Positions 12,480 to 24,506 of a stretch of DNA of 64,000 nt are shown in pieces. How positions within the stretch are numbered: the stretch's first letter is position 1; every line of letters starts with the position of its first letter. The translations under genes were made by a program, and so were the position numbers. Origin of the DNA: Callorhinchus milii (lineage: Eukaryota); assembly GCF_018977255.1 (NCBI RefSeq), contig NW_024704743.1:32056001-32120000 (forward strand). The letters are read 5' to 3'. The notes beneath the pieces are model-generated. The model did no database searches. It was not told the origin of the DNA and worked only from the letters and a program-made list of their open reading frames with translations.

Positions 12480-12858
12480 TCGCACTAGGCTCTGCGACCC
12501 TACCACTCCCATCGTTGCCCAACTCCACTGGCTTCCCATCACACAGAGGATACCGTTCCAGATCCTGGTCCTCATCTTCAAAGCCTTCCACGGTCTTGCT
12601 CCTGCCTACCTCTCCGACCTCTTAACCCCCACTCTGCACCCACCCTCTGGAACTCCATCATGCAGTCCCTCCATCTCGCCCCTCCCTCGCCACCTTCAAG
12701 ACCCATCTCAAGACCCTCCTCTTCGACCGTGCTTTTGATCTCCTTGCTAACCACCCCTGCCCTCCACCCTTCCCCATCCCGACCCCCAGCTCGGGTCCAT
12801 AACGCTGTCTGTCCCGATGTGAAAGGTGCTACACAAATGTAATTTTGTTGTTGTTGTT
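12480..12858 (+). mobile_element. L2 3' fragment
   Basis: Degenerate match to the 3' end of the 8995-10770 element, with (GTT)n tail. Confidence 0.85.
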
Positions 12859-13040
12859 ATATGTGTGTAGAAGGACCTTTGGCCCACTTGATCTCATCTG
12901 TCCAAAATACCAACCTATCTTCCCATCACAAGCTGCTTCCTAAATGAGTTCAGCACCCTTGCCTCGGGCAGGTGAACCTTTTCAGTGAAGTCAATGTGTA
13001 GTGGCCTCAAACACCGATGGGTGTTCACTTCTAACCTTAT

Positions 13041-13337
13041 GATAATAATAATAATACTTGCATTTGATATAGCGCTTTTCACGTCTTCTAGATGTCTCAA
13101 AGTGCTCCACAGAATATACTGTAAAGTGAATTGACTGTATATTTGTAGGCGAAATGCGGCAGCCAATTGCGCACAGCAGTGTCCCACAGTCATGGATTGA
13201 AGCACCCAATTTTTTTTTTTCTTGAGGGATTGTTATCAGGCGTGTGGAGTAAGGAAACTTGTCCAAGGTTTCGCCCTGCTGGGAATCGAACCCAGGCCTC
13301 TCACTTGCGCAGCGAGTGCTCTAACCATTGAGCTACA
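13041..13337 (-). mobile_element. tRNA(Ala)-headed SINE, short subfamily
   Basis: A/B boxes (TAGCTCAATGG, GGTTCGATTCC); lacks the ~65-bp internal segment. Confidence 0.92.
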
Positions 13338-14640
13338 ATGATCAGTGATCTGATAAAACTGGAACTGGCAAGCAGCAGAACAGTTATTTATCAAGTTTAG
13401 ATTGCTGTATCTTTTGGAGATGTACATTAAGGACTATGCCTGTAGCTATGGTTAAACTAATTTCTGGGAAGGAGACGGCATCAGAGTAGAATTCCCACAA
13501 AGCCAGTGGTGATGCAAATCCAATTACCTGCAGCATTCAATATTTATCAATCCTTTTTTGAACCCTGTGTGAATATTGTACTTTGAACAGCAAGATCCTC
13601 CTATTTTTCAGAATATTGTTGAGCAGTCATTGCAATTATACTGCTTATGACTGTAATAAGTTCACTGGCCTGAAGTGAGCCAAATTCAGCAAGGTAGCGT
13701 TTATGTTAGCAGCATTGCTGCCAACAGCATACCTGCCTTCGAGGCCCGAAACTTAAAAGATCTACTCTGAGAGCTTGGCAACAATTGCACTTGCGTGCGT
13801 TCCCACACGCAAAGTTGGTTGTTATGTCGTAATGTAATCAGGGCGGGATTCCAGCTCCTTAAGCTACTGTGGAGACGGTTCTATTAGTATCCTGCAATAT
13901 AAACAAACCTAGTCTTTTCCTTTGCAAGACCAAGGTTTCACATGATCACAACAGGGACCAGGCACACTGCTGTGTGCAATTAGCTACCGTCTTTTGCCCA
14001 CGAGGCATAGTCAATCCACATCACAATATATTCTGTGAAGCGCTTTGAGATCTCTCAATGATGTGATAAGGCGCTATATCAAATGCAACAATTCTTATTA
14101 ATTATAACACACAGGTAAATTATAGAAAGTGATAGATACCTGAGGAGTGATCACAAGTTTGTTTTTTATGGAGCCTTTTTATGGAGTATTCCTTTAATAA
14201 CTTGGGTTTGTTAATGACCAGGTTAATGTGGTGAGAGGAGAGTTCACACAAAGTCTCAGACACTGTAACAGCCTGCTTACACACTCCACTCAGGCAGAGC
14301 CACGTTGATCATTGTGGCCTAGAGCAACGCCTTATCTGCTGCTCTACAAATATTTGCAGTACATTTCAGCTGAAACCAACAGCAGCTGCAGATACGGTCG
14401 GCAATGCAATTGCATCCCTTCCCCCTAATACGTCTGTATATTCATACACCGATAATAAGAAGTCTATACCACAAAAAAATGCCTTCCAGCTGATCTCCTC
14501 TGTCGATGTCTGTGCTGGTGCTCACTCCCTTACTCGAGCTATAATCCAATTCCTTTGTTCTTATTTAATATTTTTCCTCAAGTACTGTATTTATCCAATT
14601 CCCTTTACACTGTTGTGTCTGATAAAGGATCCTGTGAAAT

Positions 14641-15002
14641 AATAATAATCTTGCATTTGATATAGCACCTTATCACATCATTGAAATGTCTCAAAGTGCT
14701 TAACAGAATATACTGTAAAGTGGTTTAATTGTATATTTTTGGGGTGAAACACGGCAGCCAATTGTGCACATCAATGACCCACAAACACCCATGGATTGAG
14801 TGACCAAATATAATTTTTTGAGAGATTATTACCCTCGGAAAACAATCTACCAATCAACTAACAAGCGGGTTCCTACTTTTTGCCAGGTAAACAGAAGTAA
14901 GGAAATTTGCCTAAGGTTTCACCCAGCCCAGGAATCGAATCCAGGTACCCAGGTACTCGCTTGCAAGGCGAGTGCTCTCATCAATACACTAGAGGACTCC
15001 AC
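14641..15002 (-). mobile_element. tRNA(Ala)-headed SINE, long subfamily
   Basis: Full length; head-to-head with the next copy. Confidence 0.9.
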
Positions 15003-15076
15003 TTGTAAGGTGCTTGGAGATGTTTATATGATAAGGTGCTATAAATATGTGATATGTTTATAAACTATATATATTT

Positions 15077-15396
15077 GTGGAGTCCTGTAGCTCAGTGGTT
15101 AGAGCACTCGCCTTGCAAGTGAGACACCTGGGATCAATTCCAGGCACGACGAAACCTTGGGCACGTTTCCTTACTCCACATGCCTAATAATAATCCCTCC
15201 AAAACCCAAAAAACAATAATAAATTGGTCATTTTCAATCCACGACTGGTTGTGGGACACTGCTGTGCGCAATTGACTGCTGTGTTTCACCCACGAATAAA
15301 CAGTCAATTCACTTTACAGTCTATTCTGTGAAAAGCTTTGAGACATCGAGAAGACATGAAAAGCGCTATATCAAATGCAAGGATTATTATTATTAT
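15077..15396 (+). mobile_element. tRNA(Ala)-headed SINE, short subfamily
   Basis: gtggagtcctgtagctcagtggttagagc...aaatgcaagg(att)n. Confidence 0.93.
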
Positions 15397-16519
15397 ACAA
15401 TATATATAATCTAACATGTTCTGCAGATTTAGGTCATCCTGAAAGACTGCGGTTCAAAATGCAGGATTTGGAACAGGATTCATAGATGGATAGAAAGAAA
15501 AAGCAGAAAAGGGCCACGACCCCCATTAAGTTCTCTCTTAGCAGAAAAACAGTAGACCCAAGGACAGCAAGGTAAGTGGTCAAGCTTCATGCCAACTGTT
15601 TTTTATGACTACAGAGACAGGTGGAACTATCAATCTACCTAGAAGGGCAGCAATGTGCATTTGGCACCACTGGTCTGTATGGATCTTCTACGCAGATTGA
15701 AGAGGTCCCACTGGCCAGAAAGGTGTATTTGAAAACAACTGTAATTGTGTGGGTTTGAACACACCCACGTTTCCATTTGTGCTCAACATAAATGAGGTTG
15801 AATACCAACACCGGAAGGGTACGAAAAAATATCACACATTTATAGCACATTATATTGCAACACCTCCAAGCGCCTCACCAGTAATTAATGTCAAGTGGAG
15901 TAGGCAAACACTGCAACCATTCACACCAGCAAAGTTGCGTGGAAAGATAGAGTGAGTTTCTGACAATGCAGCATTAGTTCCTATTACATTAGAATGGAAG
16001 CATTAGTTCCTATTACATTAGAGTGGCAGCGAAGACTAGGAACTCAAGACCAGACAATAGGCTTGAAGCCTCCCACCAGCTTGAAGGATTCAGTTTCATT
16101 TGAACCACTCCTCAAGCAGCCTTCAAAACAACAGAACATTAAACAGAGAGGAGACGAAGGCTAGCTGCCTGTAGATATTAAATATGTAGATATGTAGGTA
16201 TTAAAGGAATTGAAATGTGGCTGTTCATTTCAGATGTGTTTATATTAGCATCCAATTTACCTGTCAACATTGCTCGAACACAAAATAACCTTTCTGAGCT
16301 GTAGCTTGCATGAAATAATGATTATTGTTAGTTAACTAGTCCAAAGATGAAACAATGAAGGAAACCTGTGATTTTGGTGCATAAAAAATTGTTCTGATGT
16401 AACACACTTGCCGTAAGTAGAGCCCTGATAAGTACTTTGTTTGGGAAATTAAAAATGTAGACGAAAGGTGAATTGGCTCTTGAGGTCAACATGATTGTTT
16501 GAATACAAATATATTATAT

Positions 16520-16855
16520 AATAATAGTAATAATAATCCTTGTATTTGATATAGCATTTTTCATGTCTTCTAGACGTCTCAAAGTGCTTCACAGAATATA
16601 CTGTAAGGTGAATTGATTGTATATTTGTGGGCGAAACGCAGCAGCCAATTGTGCACAGCAGTGTCCCACAAACAGTCGTGGATTAAAGTGACCAATTTAT
16701 TATTGCTTTTTTTCTTGAGGGATTATTATCAGGCGTGTGGAGTAAGGAAACTTGCCCAAGGTTTCACCCTCCCGGGAATCAAACCCAGGTCTCCTGCTTG
16801 TGAGGCGAGCGCTCTGACCACTGAGCTACAGAACTCCACCTGAGCTACAGGACAT
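16520..16855 (-). mobile_element. tRNA(Ala)-headed SINE, short subfamily
   Basis: Full length, with about 19 bp of the head duplicated. Confidence 0.92.
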
Positions 16856-17345
16856 CACACCAATATTCGAGTGCAAGAACAACAAAACAATAATTTGCTA
16901 TCTAATTGTCCTACCATGTCTGTATTTGTGGGAGAGGCACTGATACAAAATATTTAGTGATCTGCCTGGCTTAGTTAATAGCACTCTTGTTTCTGAGTGA
17001 GAAGGTTGCGGGTTCAAGCCCTATGTGGGACTTTAAACTCATAATATAGGCTAACACTCCAATGTAGTGCTATGAGTCGCTGCATTGTTAGACATGCTGT
17101 CTTTTAGATGAGGCATTAAGCCTAGGTCCCATTTTCCTATTCAGGTAAAGATCCGAAAAGATGAGGGAATTTCTCTTCGTGTCCTGGGCCAAAAATCTTC
17201 CAAATAAACTATTGGTCATTCACTGCATGGCACTACACTAATTTGTAGACAGAGTCATTGGCAGACGTCTGGGAACGGAGGATACGTGTGCACATTTCAC
17301 ACTGTGTGTATGTGTGGTCAAGACTTAAGGAAGTGGGGGGAAAAA

Positions 17346-17408
17346 CAACAACAACAAGATTCCATTTATAGAGCGCCTTTCACGTCGGGAGGATGTCCCA
17401 AGGCACTG
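17346..17408 (-). mobile_element. L2 tail-only insertion
   Basis: Near-identical to the young L2 stem-loop and (GTT)n tail. Confidence 0.8.
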
Positions 17409-17676
17409 GCAATAACTTACATATTGTCGCAAAGGCATCAATATGTTTTAAAGATTAACTATATATATCTGTACACACACTATGCAGATACATGTAAAGT
17501 TAGTGATTTATGTCAAGAATACAATACAGATTTATAAAAGGCACAAAAGCAAATACATTATAATATAAACATCAGTTGGTAAATTGTATTTATAGGCATG
17601 CATGATAAATAACAGTAAATAACAGTAAAACAAGAGCAATTTCTGTTCAACATTATAAGGTGCAATGCATGTTTAC

Positions 17677-17781
17677 CTCTGCATCCTGCAGGACACCCAG
17701 TTTAGAACAGGCCATGTCTGGGCATGTGACAGGAGACCCACAGCCTTCTCGGATCATCAACTCTACATACTGCTTCATGCA
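17677..17781 (-). CDS. RNF144B: RNF144B coding exon 2 (rest of RING1)
   Basis: Not in the ORF track; manual translation [35 protein letters not shown], 105 nt, ctcctag acceptor, gtaaac donor. [13 protein letters not shown] is RNF144B-type. Confidence 0.95.
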
Positions 17782-18179
17782 CTAGGAGCCAAAACAAATC
17801 AAAGAAAGCAGGTCAGGTATGTGATACACTAGTGTGATCAGTATCACCTTGCATTGTGTATTACACCAATATGTTGGGGTTTCATATCTGTGGCATCTGA
17901 TTTAATATAACGCGGGAGTATACAGCACTTGGCCATACAGAAAGAAGGGTCACTTATTCAAATCCCAGTGCTGAGTTAGAGGATGTTAGATGGGACTGCA
18001 CCTGATTTGGTGCAATTTGAGTCAGTGCCTCTGAGATAGACCAATTCAAACCTTTGTTCACACCCCTATTTACAGGTTGATATAGGGTGAGGAAATCATC
18101 AGGTTTGTACCTGAAAAGTCACTCCTTATGAAAGCTCGCATTTGAATTAAGTGCTAGAGGGGCCATTGAGCATGAAATT

Positions 18180-18545
18180 CATAGAAAATCATAGAATCAC
18201 AGAAACAGGAGAAGGCCATTCAGCCCCTCGAGCCTGTTCCGCCATTCTATAAGATGATGGCTGATCTGTATCTCAAGTCCAATTACACCCCTTGCCCCGG
18301 ATCCCTTAATATTTTAACCTAACAAATAGCTATCCACCTCAGCCTTGAAGATGTGAATAGATCCAACATCCACAGCTTTTTGCGAGAGAGAGTTCCAGAT
18401 TTCCACTACACTTTGGGTGAAAAACTGCCTCCTGATTTCACTCCTGAATGGCCTAGGTCTAATTTTAAGATTATGCCCCCTTGTTCTGGATTCCCCCTCC
18501 ACCAAAGGAAATAGTTTCTCTGTATCTACCCTATCGAATACCTTT
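18180..18545 (-). mobile_element. CR1 LINE 3' end
   Basis: SRTRGHNLKI...FFTQSVVEIWNSL C-terminal motif and ATTCTATG-type tail. Confidence 0.9.
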
Positions 18546-19069
18546 ATTACTTAAAAAACCTCAAAAAGATCCTCCATCAAATCACACTGAAGTTCATTGG
18601 TGGTCATCAGATGAAATCAGTTTCACAGTCGAAATTTCTATCTCTGAGTCTGTCAGCTTCTTATTCAAGACTGTGACAAAGCTGAGGATTGTGAAACGCA
18701 CAGGAGCAGAATTTCTGATAGCATCTTCATGGTAATGTGAGCAAAGTATATCAGGAGTCATTTGGCTACATTCTGCTTCTGTTCTGAAACAAAAGTGTTC
18801 ATAAGAAAAAACTTGCACTTGATATAATACCCTTCATGTCAGGAGGACGACTCAAAACGCTTCGCAAGATATACTGTAAAGTGTAGTGACTGTGTATTTT
18901 GTAGTCGAACTCAGCAGTCAATTTCCCACAAACAGCCACAAACTGAAAATGAATTGGATAATTTTGTGTGTTTAGCCCTTCCCCTGAGGGGAGACACCGC
19001 ACCCTGGACCTGGATTAATATCAAAAAACAATTTGAACACTATCCTTCACTATCAGAATCAGTCAATTA

Positions 19070-19447
19070 TAATAATAAATAATAATCCTTGCATTTGATA
19101 CAGCTCCTTATCATGTCTTCGAGACATCAAAGCACATCACAAAATATACTGCAAAGTGAATTGACTGTATATATTGTGGGCGAAACCAATTTCACACAGC
19201 AGTGTTCCACAAACAATCGTGGTTTGAGTGACCAAATTATTATTATTATTTAATTTTTTTGGGAAGGATTATTACCCCCAGAAAGCGATCTGCCAATCAA
19301 CTAACAACTGGGTTCCTAATTACTGCTCGGTAAACACAGGGGTGTGGAGTAAGGAAACTTGCCCAACGTTTCACCCTATCCGAGAATGAAACCCAGGTCC
19401 TCTCGCTTGCAAGGCGAGTGCTCTAACCACTGAACTACAGGACTCAC
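19070..19447 (-). mobile_element. tRNA(Ala)-headed SINE, long subfamily
   Basis: Full length, (ATT)n tail. Confidence 0.9.
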
Positions 19448-19664
19448 AGTGCTTTATTTATTCCTTTGGAATATTCCCAAACCATCAGCCCTACACTACA
19501 GGGCTTCCTGGGTGTCTGGGTCCAGTACTTCGGGGGAAGTGTTATTAGCCAAGCACGAAAATATGGCTGACGTCTGGGTTTTAAGGTTGCGCCTGATGTC
19601 ATTTCCTGCCCGTTGCACATGAAGTGTCGCTGGCTTCACAAAGTGATGTCAGCGGAGCTTCCAC

Positions 19665-20030
19665 AAGATCACAAGATTGGTTTGGATGAAGATGGTCATT
19701 TGACCCATCTGATCTCATCCCTCCAGAACACCCACCCTACCATCTTCCGATTTACAGCATCATGTTGGCTTTTCGAATGGGTCCAGTTTTCCTTGCCTCA
19801 ACCATCCTTCCTGGTAATCTGTTTCAGTTTAGTTACCCTCTGGCTAATGAAAACTTCCTGGTATCCGTCCTTAAGTTGCTCTTTGGAACTCTAAGCCTAA
19901 ATCCTCTTGTTCTGTTGTCTTGTTGCATTCTAAAGTATTTATATGGGTTTGCTTTTTCAATCCCATTTAAAATTTTATACACCTCTATGAGGTCTCCTCC
20001 GAGTTATCTTCTCTCAAGACTGAAGACCCT
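19665..20030 (-). mobile_element. Decayed CR1 3' fragment
   Basis: Reverse strand reads like the CR1 C-terminus (FSLE..., YKILNG, FKGQL.TD.RKFS) and 3'UTR. Confidence 0.6.
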
Positions 20031-20680
20031 GCACGTAGCAAACAGCCCATGTTAGCCTTCTATACTCCCTGTCATGTCCGGCGCTCAGGAAGTGATGTTT
20101 GTGGTGACCTGATGATGTTTCCTTGCCAAAGGAACTTCAATTGCAATACAAACGAACAAAAAAAATCAAGGTAACAGGAAGTGAACACAGCTCAAATTTA
20201 GCATTGCCAGGCTGTAACATGACTCATCTATTTTTAGTTTGATTCCCATTGTGCGAATGACATTGATTCGATTTAAACCATTCATAGAAAAACTCCTGTC
20301 AACTGAATAAAGCAGGCGGTTTTGGCCTCAGACTATATGCAGCTGCTTTTAAGTGCCCTAAATGACTTCAAATTCATCCACGTTTGTGACATGGTGTAAT
20401 TTATGCAGATGGCAACTTCCACACGACAGCAGGCAGAGAAATAAACCCGCAATTCAAAGCTCTGAAGCATTTGAATGAGGGGAAACGACTCCCAGAGTTT
20501 AATATCAGTGAGTTGTTAGCCTTCACAGAGGAGCATTAAGTATTTTGATATGATTGAAAATTCTGTCGCGTAAGGTATCCCAGTATGTTTGAATCTACAT
20601 ATGCAGAGTTTGGACCGATCCATATCTCCAAGTTTGTCTTACTGTAGATACATCTGGGGTGTCTCCTCAAAGTGAGTTCA

Positions 20681-21947
20681 GTCCTCGGCATCCGGTTCAG
20701 TGCTGCTGGGGCGTGCCAAAAAAAGCTGGGAGAAGGGTCTAGGTATAGTAATGAAGAAACTGGTGATGTGGCGCTAGCACTCGCTGTCCATCACCGTGGA
20801 AAAATCTGGTGAGGAATTGGGAGGCCCTTTCGATGTTACTGTACGTGGCCCAGGTCTGGCCTTTAACCAGGAACAACTCCACTGCAGTCACCAGAGACGC
20901 CTTCCAACTTGTCTGGGGTCCAAGATGGATCGTGTCCGCACAAAACCCCGGAAAAGGGGGGAAAGGGATCCTAATGTAGGGGGGTACCCTGCGGCGACAG
21001 CCAGCTATGTCTGGCAAAATGCCTCGTCACCGGCACTGACCAACAGCTATCAGGTCATTGCCTGGCTGGCGATAAAAGAGGCCCCTCCCCCTCAGGGCTT
21101 TCATGCACAGTCGAGGTCTGGGCCAGTCATGGCCCTCGGGCCGGCTGCAGAGGCCAGGAGACCGTGGACCATCTCTTCCTGGAGTGTTCTTTTGCAAAGG
21201 CAGTTTGGAAAAAGATGGAATGGATTCTCTCGCGGTTGGTCCCTGGGGATCCGCTGTCATGGCACTCAGTGCTGTACGGCCTGGCACTCACATTAAGACC
21301 CAAATCAAGTACCTGGAGGATCATAAACTCAGTAAAGAAGGCCCTTTGGCATTCCCGAAACCAGGTGTTCTTCTGGCAGAACGAGGGGACAGTGAGGACC
21401 TGCCTCAGGCTGGCACATGCTAGGTTCAGGGACTATATACTGAGGGACAAGCTGAAGTTCAGCTCAACCGTGACAAAGGCCAGATGGGGTCTGACCCTGG
21501 CAGGAGCCTCTCCAGCACAACCCGCTCAGGGCACACCCACCGGGTAGCCCACGAGTGCACTCGAAACTGACTGAAATAAATGTACCGGTTCAGAAGGACG
21601 TTCGAGATGTAACCAAAGAGCGTCCTGAAAATGTATGTGTGGTAAACATGTGCGTGTTCGGTGCACATCGGGGCACCTTCCCAAAGCAGCAAATGTGCCT
21701 TATCAGGGTCTGTGCGGCCGCGCGCATGGATGTGGTGCACACAGGGACAACTCCTGACTGTGTTAAAGGGAGCGTTCCAAAAGAAATGTGCGTGTAATCT
21801 ATGTGCGGGGAAGGAATGTACCGTAAACAACGGAATGTTTTTTGTACTGGGAGAAAATGAAAAAAANTTGTAACAGAAGATTTGTGTTTGTGTTGGATTT
21901 CTGTTGTACTAAATATTACATTTGTAAATAAATATATTTTCAAAAAA
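20681..21947 (+). mobile_element. Tx1-type (L1-clade) LINE 3' portion with target-site duplication
   Basis: Zinc-knuckle remnant ETVDHLFLECSFAKAVW, WQNASSPAL and INSVK.ALW.SRN motifs; AATAAA 21927-21932 and A-tail; flanked by gtctcctcaaa(a)gtgagttca at 20661-20680 and 21948-21968. Confidence 0.85.
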
Positions 21948-21984
21948 GTCTCCTCAAAAGTGAGTTCACCAGAAAAACCCATTC

Positions 21985-23020
21985 ATTTGGAGACAGCAAG
22001 CATGGATTTATGAAAGACATGCTTGACTAATCGTATCAAATTCTTTGAAGTAACAGACTGAACTAGACAAAGGTAATGCAGTGGATCCGGTGTTAATGGA
22101 TTTCCAGGAGGCCTTTGATAGGGTGCCACATAAGACTCATAGCCAAAATCAGGACATGTCAAGTCAAGGGAGAGGTAGCAGAATACAAAATCACATTCAT
22201 ATAGCGCCTTTCACATCGGGAGGACGTCCCAAGGCACAGGACAGTCAGGGATTTGGACCCAAGCTGGGGGTCGGGATTGGGGAGGATGGAGGGCTGGGAG
22301 GGCATGAGGGTGGCTGAAGGCTCAGTCGAAAAGGAGGGTTTTGAGACGCTCCTTGAAGGAGTAAGGGAGGGAGTGAAGCGAAGGCAATGCAGGATGGAGT
22401 TCTATAGGACGGAGGCAGAAAGGCTGAAGGTCTGGCCGCCAATGGTGTGGCGGGCCAGGCGGGGGACATGGAGCGGAGGGAGTGGACAGGTTGATATAGG
22501 GTCAGCAGGTCACAGAGGTAGGGAGGGGCAAGGCTGTGGAGTGACTGATAGATGACAGGAAAATCAAAAACAAGTAGTGGAAGTAAAGGGTCACTTCACA
22601 GACTGGTAAGAAGTAGAAAGTGGTGTTTGCGCAGGGATTCGTACTCAAGGCATAAATGATTTGGACTCAGATAATACAATGTTTGGCGGTAAAATCCGCA
22701 TATAACACCAAACTAGGGGTATAGTAAAATATGAAGCGGGATTGCAAAAAGATGTAGGAAGATTGGCGCAAGTGAAATATTGTGTGCGATTTCCCCCTCT
22801 CTCCTCCTCCTTTAAAAGGCCACTGAAGGGTTCAGAAAGGGCAACAAAGACAATTCCATGACTTGGAGTCCTGGGGACAGAGTCACAGAACTGAGCTTGC
22901 TCTCATTTTAAAAAGGTTGAGTGGGATGTGATCAAAGTCTTTAAACAATGAGAGGCACGGGTGATGGAAGGTACCTCATTGACTTGGACCATGAGAGCAG
23001 AACTAGAGGGCGTTTAACGT
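21985..23020 (+). mobile_element. Decayed CR1 (RT region to C-terminus), interrupted by L2
   Basis: QHGFMK..., MDFQEAFDRVPH and ..RTRG remnants. Confidence 0.75.
22195..22545 (-). mobile_element. L2 3' fragment nested in a CR1
   Basis: L2 tail stem-loop and C-terminal coding remnant interrupting CR1 RT-like sequence. Confidence 0.8.
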
Positions 23021-23852
23021 TTATGAGCCAGGCTTATCCCCAGTGGCCAAATGGATGAAAGTACCACCCCTAAGTATAGTGTGCATATACAACCTCTGGA
23101 ACTCCATCCCGGTACCCCTTTGCCTCGCCCCCTCCCTACACAAATAACAACTGCCTAGGTTATAAATATAGGAGCTTTGCCAACGGCAAAACCTTCGGGT
23201 TCTGGTGACCTCCAAACCCACTCAGTCTTACTAATAACTGCATCTGAACACCCAGCCACATTTGATTGCCAGTACAACAAGTACGTCCACTGCCTACATA
23301 ACAGCCACTGAGTACCAAAGTAACTCACTGGGATTGAATTTAGTAATCCATTCATTATTTAGCATCCATTTTCCTTTCTGCTTCCCCCCACCCTCCCGAG
23401 AGAGATGGCGCTGTTTGGAAGCTCCATCTGCAGGACAACACAGAAACTGATCAGACAGTGCACAGGAGTTGTATGTGGGGTGGGGTGGGGGGGGAGAGAA
23501 GAAAACCAAAAGTCATCCACCCAACCTCTGCTATCTGATTTACTCATAGCGAAGTATCACAATTTGCTGGTTTTTGGAATTGGCCAATTAGCCACATTTT
23601 GCAAATATCACAAATCCAACAGTTTTCCATTTTCACAAACTGAAAATAACAATTAGCACATGAAATCCTCTATGAGAATAGGGAAAATGAAATTCCACTA
23701 TGCACCCAAACTGTAGATGAGTGGCACTGAGACACTCAGTTTAACACTCAAGGATTACTTTTATTCACCAGAAGATAGGGCGGGGAAGAGTGATGTTACT
23801 CAACCTTAAAACATCTCATTAAGTACACAACAAAAATGACCAAATATCCTGT

Positions 23853-24002
23853 AACAAATATCCTTTGTCAGAATGGTTCTGGGTCGTGGACCCAAAACAT
23901 TGACCCACTTTCCTTTCTCCATAGATGCTGCCTGACCTGTTGAGTTTTCCCAGCTCTCTCTGTTTTTGTTTCAGATTCCAGCATCTACAGTATTTTGTGT
24001 TT
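23853..24002 (+). mobile_element. Short Penelope-type 3' terminal fragment flanked by a 16-bp direct repeat
   Basis: agatgctgcctgacctgttgagttttcccagc...tttcagattccagcatctacag is recalled as the shark Penelope-type terminus; tgaccaaatatcctgt at 23837-23852 and 24003-24018. Confidence 0.6.
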
Positions 24003-24244
24003 TGACCAAATATCCTGTCCCTGTTTTAATTATCACTCAGTCTAATTATCACATTACTGCAAATGTCACTCCCCTGTATCACACCTATTATAAATAGTGT
24101 TTATCTGATTCCTCAGCTAACTTTAACAGTATGTGCACAGTTTCAATAGCTAAGAGGAAGACCCTATACTTGCAGTATCAAGAGGAACTTATCTCTCATA
24201 ACAACTGCTCAACCACAAGTGGAATCTCCCTTAACCCAACTCAC

Positions 24245-24412
24245 CATTGTGCAAAAGGAACAGTCACATTGCTGCAAGGTGGTCATTCTGTCGAAAGAAT
24301 ATTCACAAAGGCATAACTTGCATGTCACCAGTGGGTCTAGTGCGAGTTCTCCGCCAGCTGACAGATTTGTGGTGGTCATTGTGTTATGACACATCTTGCT
24401 AACAGACTCCAT
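24245..24412 (-). CDS. RNF144B: RNF144B coding exon 1 (start codon; N-terminal half of RING1); exon begins at 24442 with 5'UTR
   Basis: Encodes MESVSKMCHNTMTTTNLSAGGELALDPLVTCKLCLCEYSFDRMTTLQQCDCSFCTM (56 codons). Strong Kozak context (acgATGG), acceptor gtttacag at 24443, donor gtgagt at 24244, phase 0. Confidence 0.95.
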
Positions 24413-24466
24413 CGTTCCTTTGCTGAAGTCAGCTGCTGGATCCTGTAAACAATCACAAAAGTGCAT

Positions 24467-24506
24467 GAGTGAGTGAGTGAGTGAGTGAGTGAGCGAGCGA
24501 GCGAGC
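24467..24506. repeat. (GAGT)6(GAGC)4 microsatellite next to the RNF144B acceptor
   Basis: Read directly. Confidence 0.95.

Noticed and set aside
13938..13970. Minus-strand CLVPV resembling RNF144B coding exon 3
   Set aside because: A stop follows within a few codons, it abuts a SINE fragment, and the true exon is at 7266-7326.
15970..16030. Two-copy 29-bp tandem duplication (gcattagttcctattacattaga)
   Set aside because: Simple local duplication with no further structure.
21860..21870. Single N base at 21867
   Set aside because: Assembly ambiguity at the end of an A-run; no biological inference.
205..24412. Assignment as RNF144A
   Set aside because: RING2 and C-terminal residues, the N-terminal extension and adjacency to DEK all favour RNF144B.
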